Below the pieces are notes generated by a model. It had not been told where the DNA came from, searched no databases, and saw only the letters and a program-made list of their open reading frames with translations. From Fibrobacteria bacterium (lineage in GTDB: Bacteria > Fibrobacterota > Fibrobacteria > UBA11236): 64,000 nt of DNA. Each line of letters opens with the position of its first letter. Position 1 is the stretch's first letter. The stretch lies in assembly GCA_043732185.1 (NCBI GenBank), contig JAYTHY010000046.1, positions 32,001-96,000 on the forward strand, in the 5' to 3' direction. Both the position numbers and the translations under genes were made by a program. This document shows, piece after piece, positions 1 to 9,824 of this stretch.

Positions 1-957
1 CCGGATGCAGGGCGCATGCTCCCAGATATGGTTAAAGTTTTTGATAAACTTTCCCGCGGGCACTCAGCACAAGAAATTCTGGTGGAGTTGGGGAAAAAGT
101 TAGCTCGACCCGAATTATTTATTCCCGTCCAAAACAAGGTCGCATTTACCTTTCCCGCGACTACAAAAATGCAGGAAACGCGATTGTCTAAAAAACCGAA
201 GCGCCTCGCCTTGAGAATGGATGGATTAAAACCGGCTGTCCGAGTAGCAGTCTATGCAGCATCACTTCTTTGCGCCATTGCTCTAGCTATAGCGGTGAGC
301 CAATGGTTTCAATCTAAGGCCAAGAAAACCTCCACAGAAGCCACCCGTTCGCCTCCAGGCAAGTTGGAAAATCTGACCAATGGAACCGGTATCGTGGCTG
401 CTTCCAAGCACACCAATAATGGCGAGCACACCAAAACCGAAGCGCGCATTCCCAGCCCCATGGTCGTTGTACCAAAATCCAAAAACAGTGATCGGCCAGC
501 AGCTGCTTTAACGCGCGGCATTAAACGCCAGGATAGCTCCTCTACTCAAGCTCGCTTTGACAAGGACGTCTTTGTCCAATTACAAGGCTTGTTTAGGGAA
601 CAGGACCCGTCCGCCTATGATCAGATCGTTTCTTGGTTGAATAAATTCCCCGAATCCGCGGATCTTCGTTTTTTGAAAATCCAATTGGTTCTGTCGGGGA
701 ATCCATTGGCAGAAGATATTCGACCGGAGCTGGTCAGCTTGCAAAATGTTCAACCAGAATTCACACATCCAAGCTTGTTTCATCAATCCGTCCAATATCT
801 GCTTTTTGAACTTGATGCGAACGTGTTCCAGGCCCAAAAAACCCCAATAAAACGGATTAATATGCAAAAATCAGCAAATGCCTATCTTGCCGAGTACCAG
901 GAGAATCCGGCTTTTTCTGAAAAGGTTAAGCAGATCAAAGCACTTCTTGCCAAGTAA
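1..957 (+). CDS. 5'-truncated membrane-anchored protein, possibly the C-terminal part of a Ser/Thr kinase
   Basis: Frame is open from base 1 (PDAGRML..., resembling the end of a kinase domain). One TM helix (AVYAASLLCAIALAIAV), a low-complexity linker and a helical C-terminal region follow. Confidence 0.5.
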   Translation, partial: PDAGRMLPDMVKVFDKLSRGHSAQEILVELGKKLARPELFIPVQNKVAFTFPATTKMQETRLSKKPKRLALRMDGLKPAVRVAVYAASLLCAIALAIAVSQWFQSKAKKTSTEATRSPPGKLENLTNGTGIVAASKHTNNGEHTKTEARIPSPMVVVPKSKNSDRPAAALTRGIKRQDSSSTQARFDKDVFVQLQGLFREQDPSAYDQIVSWLNKFPESADLRFLKIQLVLSGNPLAEDIRPELVSLQNVQPEFTHPSLFHQSVQYLLFELDANVFQAQKTPIKRINMQKSANAYLAEYQENPAFSEKVKQIKALLAK

Positions 958-1065
958 CGGCGTCATTTTTAGCCTTTTCCCTTTAAAATGTGGCGTGAAT
1001 TTGGTAATTTAAGGCCCCAGTTTTTCCGGGTCCACTCAGGTGGAATCTGCACGTAAAGGATAGCC

Positions 1066-1512
1066 ATGTACTCAGTTATAGAATCCGGGGGTTTTCAACA
1101 TAAAATCACCGTAGGTGAAACCCTGAAGCTTTCAAAAATTGAAGCCAAGGTCGGTGAAGTGTTGACTGTCTCCAACGTATTGCTCTATGCAAACGGGGAG
1201 AGCATCGTGGTTGGCAAGCCGATGGTTGCTGGCGCTTCCGTAAAGATGGAAGTACTGGATCAGGGCAAAGATGACAAAATCATTTCATTCAAGCGTAAAC
1301 AACGCAAGCGGTATCGCAAAACCATCGGACACCGACAGCTCTTTACGGAAGTTTTAGTCACTGAGATGGTTTGCGGCGCAGACAAATCCAGCGTCGATGA
1401 TAAAGCCAAGATTCGGGCCCGCGCCCGCGCCAAAGCCTTGGCCGCTCAAAAGGTGCAAAATGTGCCTCTCACCAAAGCCCAGAAAATTACGGCAGCGAAA
1501 GCAGGAAAGTAA
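1066..1512 (+). CDS. rplU: 50S ribosomal protein L21, with a basic Ala/Lys C-terminal extension
   Basis: [14 protein letters not shown] start, [24 protein letters not shown] signature, AAAGGA SD, adjacent to rpmA. Confidence 0.97.
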   Translation: MYSVIESGGFQHKITVGETLKLSKIEAKVGEVLTVSNVLLYANGESIVVGKPMVAGASVKMEVLDQGKDDKIISFKRKQRKRYRKTIGHRQLFTEVLVTEMVCGADKSSVDDKAKIRARARAKALAAQKVQNVPLTKAQKITAAKAGK

Positions 1513-1515
1513 ACC

Positions 1516-1806
1516 ATGGCACACAAAAAAGGACTTGGTAGCACCCGTAATGGACGTGATTCCAACCCCAAATATCGGGGCGTCAAAAAGTTCGGTGGCG
1601 AAACCGTTATCGCAGGAAACATCATTGTTCGCCAAAAGGGAACGCGTTGGCATCCGGGCCTGAACGTGGGCATGGGTCGCGACTATACCATTTACTCCGT
1701 TATTGAAGGCGTTGTCAAGTTTGAAAGACTGGGCAAAGATCGCCAGAAAATCAGCGTATATCCCGTGGTCGCAGCGGACGCTTCCGCTGCGACTGTGGCT
1801 GCCTAA
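1516..1806 (+). CDS. rpmA: 50S ribosomal protein L27
   Basis: [28 protein letters not shown]...[13 protein letters not shown] signature. Confidence 0.98.
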   Translation: MAHKKGLGSTRNGRDSNPKYRGVKKFGGETVIAGNIIVRQKGTRWHPGLNVGMGRDYTIYSVIEGVVKFERLGKDRQKISVYPVVAADASAATVAA

Positions 1807-1866
1807 AAAAGATTTTCTTTACTGGTTGGGCCCATTTTTGACCCAGCTTATTTTCACCTAAGTATC

Positions 1867-1897
1867 GAAAAGGGACATCAAATGGTGTCCCTTTTTC
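1867..1897 (+). terminator. Intrinsic terminator after rplU-rpmA
   Basis: AAAAGGGACATC-AAAT-GGTGTCCCTTTTT hairpin with T tract. Confidence 0.8.
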
Positions 1898-1959
1898 ATT
1901 TTCACGGATATTAGTGAAGTATGGGCCAGGCGAATGGACTTTTATATCTTAGCTCGGCG

Positions 1960-4650
1960 ATGACCTTGCGAAAAGACTGGTTCTGCTCTCTGGGTCTTAT
2001 CGCCTTGTTGTTTGGCTGTTCCACGGACCATAAGCAACAAAATTTCAGCTACCTTCGCAGTCCGGCCTATTTTAAGGTGGACACAACTTTAAGCAATCAT
2101 GCCTTCTGCGCTGATTATTCCGGCACCTTTGCTTCGCAAGCAGAGTGCATGCAGGCAAAAAAATACCGACTAAGCTGGTTACGCCCCGAGGACACCACCA
2201 AATTCAGTGGTTACAGAATCTACGTTGATACTATACCCCCCAATACTCCCACTGGGCGCCATTGGGCTGATGTACAACGCGACCCGAAGCTAGCTAACCT
2301 GATCGTAGAAACCACATCCCCCACAGACAGTGTGATTTTTATTTTCGGGAAACGGGAATTCAAACAAGATACCTTAAGGAAAAACAATACTAAGATTTAT
2401 ATTATCGATACAACCAGTCGTCAGGAAACCGAATCAGGTCGACTAGTATTTGCCCTAGTTCCCGTATATGCGGGTGACGCAACACCTGGTCAACCTCAGT
2501 ATTCCTGGTTTATTGTAAACGATAAATTTCCGCCGGACATATTCAGCCCGCGAATAAAGCCTGGAGCACATGAGATCGCAATCACTTGGCAGCGCCCAAC
2601 CGATCCGACCAGCTTCTTTGATGCCAATCTCGATTCCGGTCTCATTCGCACTTACCTACTCAAGTTGACACTAGGAGGCCGCATCACGGCCGATCGAAAA
2701 CAAGCTTTTGCGCCGACCATAAAATTCACACGTGGCGGGAAAGATGTCACTGAATCGGTCCGGGACTCATTGGTACTCGACCCACCCGATGCAAGGGACA
2801 AAAGCACTTTGATCCCCAAAGGTCACATTTATTTTCTCCCCGATTCGAATCGTGCCCACCGAGCTTCGCCCACCCTAGCAGATAGCTTGAGCGCTGTTAT
2901 TACCGGGCTCACTCCGCGAGACACCTTGAACGTGCAAGTCTGGGCAATGGATAGCTCCGGAAATCAAAATGCAAATGCCATGGCAACTGTAGTTGTGCAT
3001 CTCACCGACACCACCCAGCCTTCTACCCCAAAACTTTTTGTGGATAGCAGCACCATTAGTAGCAATGGCTTTGTGGTCAGGTGGAAGCCTTCCAGCGACA
3101 CCTTATGGCTAGAAACCGGTTCCACTGAGGTAAAGTCCATCCCCAATTATCATATCCAAGAATACCGCATGCGCCGCACATTACTAAGAGATTCTGGAGA
3201 AAAGGCAAGTCTACTGGACCGGATGGACACCGTCATTGAAGTGGCTAAACCCATAGACACCTCAACCGTTTTTGTAAATACCATGCGCTTCTTGCCACCC
3301 GGCCGGACCTTTCAATTAAAGCTTAGCGCATTGGATCTGACCGGTTTTGAATCGAACGTAGACTCCATAACCGTTCAAACGCCAGCCGTTCATTTCCTAG
3401 GCAAGGATAGCGCATTGACTTGCCCCACGGGCTTTATTCCTATTCCTAGAGCGCGATTTACATTAGGTGAAATAACCAGTGGGTCGCAACCTGATGAAAC
3501 GCCAACGCATATCATCAATATGGGTCCATATTGTATTGAACCCTATGAACACAGGGACAGCTCCGGCCAATTTATATCTGGGGTTACCTGGGAAAAAGCG
3601 GATACCCTTTGCCAGGCCATGAGCAAGGATTTCAATAGTCAACTTTGCTCCGAAGCGGAATGGGAGCGGGCATGCGAGGGTCCAGGGGTTGGCCCCGACT
3701 CAGCGCTTCTGCATGGCATTCAAAGTGAACAAAAAAATGCATCCATCTTACAATCAACCTGCAACCAAGGCACCAATGATTCCGTAATGGCGCGTGCTTT
3801 TGATAAACGCAATGCAACATGCCTGACAAGGGAAGGCGTCTATGATATGGCCGGAAACTTTTCGGAATGGGTTCGTGATGTGTATTCCGAACGGGCTTAC
3901 TCACATCTCCCACCCGGCGATAGCTTGGACCATGCCTATGCCTATACCGATTCCGGACAAGTTCATGGATTTCGTGGAGGAAATTATCTGGCCCCGCAGA
4001 CGCTTCTCTCCTCCGTTGCAGTCCAAAACTTAGCCCGTTGTTCAAACCGAGATTATCCCAATCAGATAAGACCCATTTTTCGTTTGGATTGCTTGGATTC
4101 TTCCCAGCCAAAAATAGCCGTCATTTACAATTCGGGATTAGCCGGGCACTTTTGCATGCCACTACCCGCAAGCTTACGCGATAAGAAAATAACCGACTTG
4201 ATTTCTGCACCAAAGGACAGCACTAAAATTCTGGTTTTTTTATCTGGAGAGACTCATCCCGACACCATATCGCTTCTAAGGCCTGTCGGTGACACTCTTT
4301 TCCTCAAAAAGAAACCCGTGTTTGTGCGGATGACGACGCTTTCATTGGCAGTGGTACAATTTGTAAAACCAGGCGTAGATACGATAATCAAAGACACTTT
4401 GGACGCAGCCGAAATGCGCGACACCTCCCAAAGTAACCTGGCGAAAATATTTTCCCGCGAAGCCGGGAATTCGGGATGGATGGTCAAACAAGAAGCAGGC
4501 AAGTTTGTAATTAAATACATTTACGCCTACGCAATGTCGGGCACCAAATTACCCAAAGCTTACTATAACAATCATACTATCAGTTTTCGCTGCTGCAGTT
4601 TGGCGAAAACGTTCCCAATTCCCTTGCCCAAATCGGTACGCTCGCGCTGA
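1960..4650 (+). CDS. Lipoprotein with FN3-like beta-sandwich region and C-terminal SUMF1/FGE-sulfatase-type (C-lectin fold) domain
   Basis: Lipobox LLFGC. Motifs CPTGFIPIP, PDETPTH, LCSEAEWERACEG, GVYDMAGNFSEWV, RGGNY and FRCC. Start taken at ATG 1960 (ORF track gives 1921). Confidence 0.8.
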   Translation: MTLRKDWFCSLGLIALLFGCSTDHKQQNFSYLRSPAYFKVDTTLSNHAFCADYSGTFASQAECMQAKKYRLSWLRPEDTTKFSGYRIYVDTIPPNTPTGRHWADVQRDPKLANLIVETTSPTDSVIFIFGKREFKQDTLRKNNTKIYIIDTTSRQETESGRLVFALVPVYAGDATPGQPQYSWFIVNDKFPPDIFSPRIKPGAHEIAITWQRPTDPTSFFDANLDSGLIRTYLLKLTLGGRITADRKQAFAPTIKFTRGGKDVTESVRDSLVLDPPDARDKSTLIPKGHIYFLPDSNRAHRASPTLADSLSAVITGLTPRDTLNVQVWAMDSSGNQNANAMATVVVHLTDTTQPSTPKLFVDSSTISSNGFVVRWKPSSDTLWLETGSTEVKSIPNYHIQEYRMRRTLLRDSGEKASLLDRMDTVIEVAKPIDTSTVFVNTMRFLPPGRTFQLKLSALDLTGFESNVDSITVQTPAVHFLGKDSALTCPTGFIPIPRARFTLGEITSGSQPDETPTHIINMGPYCIEPYEHRDSSGQFISGVTWEKADTLCQAMSKDFNSQLCSEAEWERACEGPGVGPDSALLHGIQSEQKNASILQSTCNQGTNDSVMARAFDKRNATCLTREGVYDMAGNFSEWVRDVYSERAYSHLPPGDSLDHAYAYTDSGQVHGFRGGNYLAPQTLLSSVAVQNLARCSNRDYPNQIRPIFRLDCLDSSQPKIAVIYNSGLAGHFCMPLPASLRDKKITDLISAPKDSTKILVFLSGETHPDTISLLRPVGDTLFLKKKPVFVRMTTLSLAVVQFVKPGVDTIIKDTLDAAEMRDTSQSNLAKIFSREAGNSGWMVKQEAGKFVIKYIYAYAMSGTKLPKAYYNNHTISFRCCSLAKTFPIPLPKSVRSR

Positions 4651-4664
4651 GTGGTGCTAGCCCT

Positions 4665-5864
4665 TTAGCGCTCGCCCATTTCTTCCGACTGACTGGACAT
4701 TTTCCAAATCTTTCGTGGCAAAGAACTCACTAGGATGCGGCCGAGTTCAGTTATCGGAACCCATTTAAATCCCTCTGGCAGCTCGGCTGTTTTAGGGCCT
4801 TTACTTCCCGGCTTAACTTTCGCAATGGCAACTTTAAGCTCTAATCGGTGATGGGTAATACTATGGATTACGTTATGCGGTTGCAGTGAAAAATTGGATA
4901 CAACAATTTGCGGCAACAATTTATTCCATTCGATTCCAAGAGAAGTAATTTTAGAAACCGTAAAATATGGGAAGGACCATAATCCTTTCAAAATGCCGGC
5001 AGTCTCTGACCGATGCATTAAAACCTCGTGCTCAACAAAACCGCTGTTTAGCCTATTACTCCTTCTAATCGCAATAACTGCAATTCCCGCTATGCGCAAA
5101 ATAGCCTTGCGAATTTTGGCTGGAGGGAATTGTTCCTGTAAACCGCCGGCACAAGCTACGCAGAATGGCGCCAATGGGCAGGCCCCACATAAAGGTTTTT
5201 TAGGTGTACAAATAGTCGCGCCCAGTTCCATCAGTCCTTCATTTACTAATGCGGGTTCGTTGCTTTGCACCCAAGCGCGCGCCAATCCCCAATAAACAGC
5301 CTTCGTTTCACTGGTTTTTGGAAGAAAGTCTAATCCATATCGACGACTAAAAACTCTTTCCAGGTTGCCATCCAAGATGGGCTCTGGAAGATTAAATGCC
5401 AGGCTTGCAATGGCTCCAGCTGTATATTCCCCTATACCTTTTAAGGAGAGCAAGTCCGTCCGCTGCCAGGGAAACTGACCGGAAAAATGCTCCACCACTG
5501 TGCGCGCTGTCGTAAGAATGTTGCGTACTCGAGAATAGTACCCAAGGCCTGCCCAAGCTTCCATTACTTCATCTTCGTGGGCTTTAGCCAAATCGAAAAC
5601 CGTTGGGAACGTTCTCATCCAACGCGTAAAATATTCTACTACGGTCGAGACCTGTGTTTGCTGAAGCATGATTTCCGAGATCCATGTGGCATATGGATCT
5701 CGCCTATAGGAAGTAGGGGTAACCCAGCCTGGCTCTGCTACGGAGTCGTCATCAATTGAAGAATGGGCTTCTTTTCGCCATGGCAATTCGCGGCGATTTA
5801 ATCGAAACCAACTTGTTAGAGCGAGTGCTTCAACCGAAACGTCGCGGGTTTGACCGAGGTTCAA
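4665..5864 (-). CDS. mutY: A/G-specific adenine DNA glycosylase MutY
   Basis: RELPWR, WISEIMLQQTQV, WAGLGYYSR, LKGIGEYTAGAI (HhH) and Fe-S motif CTPKKPLCGACPLAPFC. Confidence 0.96.
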   Translation of the reverse strand: MNLGQTRDVSVEALALTSWFRLNRRELPWRKEAHSSIDDDSVAEPGWVTPTSYRRDPYATWISEIMLQQTQVSTVVEYFTRWMRTFPTVFDLAKAHEDEVMEAWAGLGYYSRVRNILTTARTVVEHFSGQFPWQRTDLLSLKGIGEYTAGAIASLAFNLPEPILDGNLERVFSRRYGLDFLPKTSETKAVYWGLARAWVQSNEPALVNEGLMELGATICTPKKPLCGACPLAPFCVACAGGLQEQFPPAKIRKAILRIAGIAVIAIRRSNRLNSGFVEHEVLMHRSETAGILKGLWSFPYFTVSKITSLGIEWNKLLPQIVVSNFSLQPHNVIHSITHHRLELKVAIAKVKPGSKGPKTAELPEGFKWVPITELGRILVSSLPRKIWKMSSQSEEMGER

Positions 5865-6289
5865 CCGCCAGTGCCAGCCTCAGCATTGGCAGGAACTCCA
5901 CCTCTTGGATCGCCATAAATTTTCTCGACTTTATCGTTTTTGAACGTGAGTCCAGTTATTAGGTTCCCTCGATTATTCACGTACTCCCAATTGGTTTCGC
6001 CTTCAGAGGTTCGGTCCGGATTGCCGAACAATTGAAATACCATTTGGCGGGGCATACCCTCAATAGGAAAGCCTTCCAGGAAAGCCTGCTTAATATTCTC
6101 AGGAATGCCAAAACCATTTTGGATAATGTAGTCCTTGCGTTCTTGGGCCGGTAGACCGCGGGAAATCAGGGGTCGAGTATAGTTCGAAGCACATCCAAAT
6201 GCCATAGCCAGGGTTGCCACAACTGCGAGAACAGAAATCCATAATTTACCATCCCAAAAATGTGTTTTCTTAACCATCGATTGAAGCAT
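5861..6289 (-). CDS. Small lipoprotein, SmpA/OmlA(BamE)-like
   Basis: Lipobox AMAFGC and GMPRQMVFQLFGNPD...NWEY motif. AGGAGGG SD before ATG 6289. Stop overlaps the mutY start. Confidence 0.6.
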   Translation of the reverse strand: MLQSMVKKTHFWDGKLWISVLAVVATLAMAFGCASNYTRPLISRGLPAQERKDYIIQNGFGIPENIKQAFLEGFPIEGMPRQMVFQLFGNPDRTSEGETNWEYVNNRGNLITGLTFKNDKVEKIYGDPRGGVPANAEAGTGG

Positions 6290-6523
6290 ACTTTCCCTCC
6301 TATTCAAAGACTGCAATTCATTTGAATATAGGAACTAGAACGCCAGACTCAATGGGTGAGAAATCCAATTGACAATATCCAAGATTTGGGACACAATAGC
6401 TTGAACTTGCAACCAAATCTGTTTAACAGAATTGGAAGGTAAGTTGTGCCGAAGGACTTGCGGGCCAAAAAATGATTTAAATTTGCCGTGGCACCCTTTT
6501 TTGAGAGGCATAATAAGGCACAT

Positions 6524-7489
6524 ATGCTAACCCGTTTTTCAATTCTCGGCTGCTTTCTCAAATCCGTACTACCAGCTTGTTTAAGTTTTGCCATTTTATG
6601 CACAACCGTATGGTCTCCAAGGATTTTTGCAGATAGTGTTAAACCGCTTTCTTACGGTCCTTTTTTCATGAACCAATTAAGTTCCACTCTCAGCCCATTT
6701 GGCTACGATTATGTATTAGATAACGTGCTTTACCATTTCCAAGTCGGCTGGATGGAACCGCTTTCAGCGGGCTCACAAGGAATCTTTAGAGGAACCTATT
6801 TGGAGACGAACGGAAATTTTAGTGCATCACCATTTCTTTCAGATATTGGAACGACTTTCAATTTAAAGCCAATCCGTTATTTTGAAATCGGGTTAAGCTA
6901 TAACCGATTGCTATTTCACAATTCAATGGTGACTTTCAACCGGAGTACCACGCAAAACATACCAGCCCCTGAGGAATGGCGACCTGAAACTATTATCTCC
7001 CGCGATTTTAAAGAACCGGGTGGCGCGGATGTCTTTACCTTTCAATCCAACTTTACTTTTGATCTAGGACCTGCCCAGCTGTACCTTTTTGGATCTCGAA
7101 CACTTTGGGATATTGATGCCCAAGGCCATGACTTTGTCTATGAATATGGCACTGACATTCTCTTGCGAAAACGTGACCGAGTCAACTCCTTGCTTGCCCA
7201 ATTATCATGGGACCTGCGTCCCCATTCGCTTTATTCCCAAGTATCTTTTACTGGATTTTCGCTGCGCAATCAATATTGGTATACAACACAAACGCGATTG
7301 GAAAAAAATTTGGTGTCAGGTGGCATAACCGGTTTTCGCATTGGAAGAAACCCGGAACATCAAAGGCGTGGCTTGGATTTAAGCTTGGGTTATTGGACCT
7401 TGCATACTCAATTACAGAGAAAAGATTGGATAAAATCCCTGGTACTCATCGGCGATTGGAAGTGGAATATCCAATTTTTGAAAATTTAA
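6524..7489 (+). CDS. Secreted hypothetical protein, probable outer-membrane beta-barrel
   Basis: Signal-peptide-like N-terminus and alternating aromatic beta-strands. Start uncertain (6488 or 6524). Confidence 0.55.
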   Translation: MLTRFSILGCFLKSVLPACLSFAILCTTVWSPRIFADSVKPLSYGPFFMNQLSSTLSPFGYDYVLDNVLYHFQVGWMEPLSAGSQGIFRGTYLETNGNFSASPFLSDIGTTFNLKPIRYFEIGLSYNRLLFHNSMVTFNRSTTQNIPAPEEWRPETIISRDFKEPGGADVFTFQSNFTFDLGPAQLYLFGSRTLWDIDAQGHDFVYEYGTDILLRKRDRVNSLLAQLSWDLRPHSLYSQVSFTGFSLRNQYWYTTQTRLEKNLVSGGITGFRIGRNPEHQRRGLDLSLGYWTLHTQLQRKDWIKSLVLIGDWKWNIQFLKI

Positions 7490-7508
7490 ATCACACGTCC
7501 TACTGCAT

Positions 7509-8393
7509 TTAGTTTTTAACACCGTCAGCACTTTCCAAATCAGTACCTTCCAAATCAGTTTCACTGGATTTTTCAGCATCTTCCCATTTACCCTGGGAAT
7601 AGAGACTAAATCTCGCAGGCTTTGCTTTTGCATTCTGAGCGATAGGCATCGGCGCAAAGGAATAATGGCGGAAACACATGCGTAAACTTGACAGGGAGTC
7701 ACAATCAGAAACGGTGAGATCGGAAATCAGCCATTTGTTTTCCACCTGATGGTACCCGACAATATTCATTGTTTTGATTTTTTGTTGGCCCTGTCCGTAA
7801 AATGTGATGGTTTTCAAGAGGACTGGGTTTTTAGTTAAAGTGACTTCCAGACGGGAATAGAACGATTGGAAAAGCGGTTTTAAGGACATGCTAAGCTGGT
7901 AGGTGCTATCCATTGCCTTAAGTCCTTTACAGGAAGAATATTCCAAAAAGAAATCTGTAGGCAATTTGAGCATATCCTCATAGGTGAGTAAGCTACCGAC
8001 GAGTCCTTTTTTCCATTGACGATTAGCAATCCGGCGAATGCGATGGCTATTGTCATCGGTAATCCATTGCTCTCTACCAAATTGCAGACTGTGGTATTCA
8101 AAAGCCTTTTTAGGACTGGCCAAAGAAATCCGTCTCTCCCCAATTTCGTCCGAAAATTCGGCCTGGCCGGAAAGGGTGTCCAAACCCAGGGGAAAGGTTT
8201 CGTTTACAATTTCCAAGGTAGCCTGATAATGGCCACGGTATTGATTTTTCAAGGCCTGGACCAATAGCTGTCTGGCCAGATCCTCATCGGCGCCAAAAAT
8301 GTGCGTGGCCAACATTAATCCCACCAAGCCCAGCGCTGAAATGCGGGCTAAGTATTTAGAAGGATAAAAGTGGATGAATGGATATAAGTGCAT
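7509..8393 (-). CDS. Outer-membrane lipoprotein-sorting protein (LolA-like)
   Basis: Signal peptide, RIRRIANRQWKKGLVGSLLTYEDM motif typical of this family, and FYGQGQQKIKTM. Confidence 0.7.
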   Translation of the reverse strand: MHLYPFIHFYPSKYLARISALGLVGLMLATHIFGADEDLARQLLVQALKNQYRGHYQATLEIVNETFPLGLDTLSGQAEFSDEIGERRISLASPKKAFEYHSLQFGREQWITDDNSHRIRRIANRQWKKGLVGSLLTYEDMLKLPTDFFLEYSSCKGLKAMDSTYQLSMSLKPLFQSFYSRLEVTLTKNPVLLKTITFYGQGQQKIKTMNIVGYHQVENKWLISDLTVSDCDSLSSLRMCFRHYSFAPMPIAQNAKAKPARFSLYSQGKWEDAEKSSETDLEGTDLESADGVKN

Positions 8394-8549
8394 GAAAGCC
8401 CATTGGATGGTCCTTACAAATCGGTAGGACGCACTCTAAATTATACAATTCGGCGGGTTAAAAAAAGTGGTCTGCTAAAGGACAATAATTCCAAAAAAGC
8501 TTTAAAATTAATATTGATCTTTTTGCCGCCAGCCAGTTCCTTTATGGCC

Positions 8550-8577
8550 CCATTGCCCTGCAAATACAGGGCAATGG
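8550..8577. terminator. Perfect 11-bp hairpin downstream of recA (no U tract)
   Basis: CCATTGCCCTG-CAAATA-CAGGGCAATGG. Confidence 0.45.
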
Positions 8578-8625
8578 TCCGATGCCACCTCGCAATACGA
8601 TTAAAGGTTCAGCTCAGCAGATAGA

Positions 8626-9744
8626 TCAGGTTTCGCCTTGAGCCGTGATTTCAATATTGTCCCAGGACTCCTCTCCTGTGGGACCGAAGCCCTTTGTGGA
8701 CTTGGCATCTGCTTGACCGGTAGCTAAGGTTTGACGAATCTTAAGTTCGATTTCTTCCGCCAAGGACTTATTCTCTTTGAGGAAATCTCGGGCCTTTTCA
8801 CGGCCTTGTCCCAGCCGCTCTTTCCCGTAGGAGAACCAGGTTCCACTCTTTTGTACGATTTCCATTTCAGTAGCCATGTCCAAAAGACTGCCTTCTCGGG
8901 AGATACCGACCCCGTAGAGAATATCGAACTCGCATTGTTTAAAGGGCGCAGCAACTTTATTCTTGACCACCTTCACCTTGGTCCGGTTTCCAATAACCTC
9001 CTCGCCTTCTTTTAAGGACGCTATTTTGCGGATGTCCAAGCGTACGGAGGCATAGAACTTGAGAGCATTGCCGCCCGTGGTGGTTTCGGGATTCCCGAAC
9101 ATCACGCCAATTTTCATGCGCAATTGATTGATGAAAATTAGGCAGCAATGGGAGCGGTTGAGTATACCCGTTAATTTGCGCAAAGCCTGGGACATAAGGC
9201 GCGCTTGAAGGCCCATGTGTGAATCTCCCATTTCACCATTGATTTCCGCCTGGGGCACCAAGGCCGCAACCGAATCGACTACAATGAGATCAATGGCGTT
9301 GCTGCGCACCAGGGTCTCGACAATATCCAGGGCTTGTTCTCCCGTATCGGGTTGGGATACGAGCAAGTTGTCGATATCCACTCCCAACTTTCGTGCATAG
9401 AGTGCATCAAAGGCATGCTCTGCATCAATAAAGGCTGCTACACCACCTGCTTTTTGGCATTCGGCAATAGCATGCAGAGTCAACGTGGTCTTTCCCGATG
9501 ATTCCGGGCCAAAGACCTCCACAACTCGGCCCTTGGGCAGTCCACCGATTCCCAGGGCCATATCCAACTGGATACATCCCGTACTGATAACGGGAATATC
9601 AATTGTTTCCTGGCTCCCCAAAGTCATGATGGAACCCTTACCGTGGTTCTTCTCAATTTGGGCGACGGCAGCGTCAACGGCCCTTTTCTTATTGCTGACT
9701 TCCTCATTAGCGGCTGAGGGCGAGGTGGATTTCTTGACTGACAT
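8626..9744 (-). CDS. recA: Recombinase RecA
   Basis: GPESSGKTT Walker [46 protein letters not shown]. Confidence 0.99.
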   Translation of the reverse strand: MSVKKSTSPSAANEEVSNKKRAVDAAVAQIEKNHGKGSIMTLGSQETIDIPVISTGCIQLDMALGIGGLPKGRVVEVFGPESSGKTTLTLHAIAECQKAGGVAAFIDAEHAFDALYARKLGVDIDNLLVSQPDTGEQALDIVETLVRSNAIDLIVVDSVAALVPQAEINGEMGDSHMGLQARLMSQALRKLTGILNRSHCCLIFINQLRMKIGVMFGNPETTTGGNALKFYASVRLDIRKIASLKEGEEVIGNRTKVKVVKNKVAAPFKQCEFDILYGVGISREGSLLDMATEMEIVQKSGTWFSYGKERLGQGREKARDFLKENKSLAEEIELKIRQTLATGQADAKSTKGFGPTGEESWDNIEITAQGET

Positions 9745-9773
9745 AAAAGCTCCTTTGGGAGGGTGGATGTGTA

Positions 9774-9802
9774 AGTTTACTTTATACTGCTCATTTGTGC
9801 AA
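9774..9802 (-). promoter_or_regulatory. sigma70 promoter of recA
   Basis: Minus strand: -35 TTGCAC (9797-9802), 17-nt spacer, -10 TAAACT (9774-9779). AAGGAG SD downstream. Confidence 0.7.
9788..9801. promoter_or_regulatory. LexA (SOS) box, Fibrobacter type, overlapping the recA -35
   Basis: TGCTC-ATTT-GTGCA matches the TGCNC-N4-GTGCA consensus that I recall for Fibrobacter succinogenes LexA. Confidence 0.75.
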
Positions 9803-9824
9803 GGGCAAATTTGAATAAGTTTTT

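Noticed and set aside
1960..4650. FGE/CLec protein as a diversity-generating retroelement target
   Set aside because: No reverse transcriptase and no template-repeat copy of its 3' region are visible in the window.
8394..8625. recX or another gene downstream of recA
   Set aside because: No credible ORF. The 78-aa plus-strand ORF lacks motifs, and the region holds only a hairpin and AT-rich promoter-like sequence.
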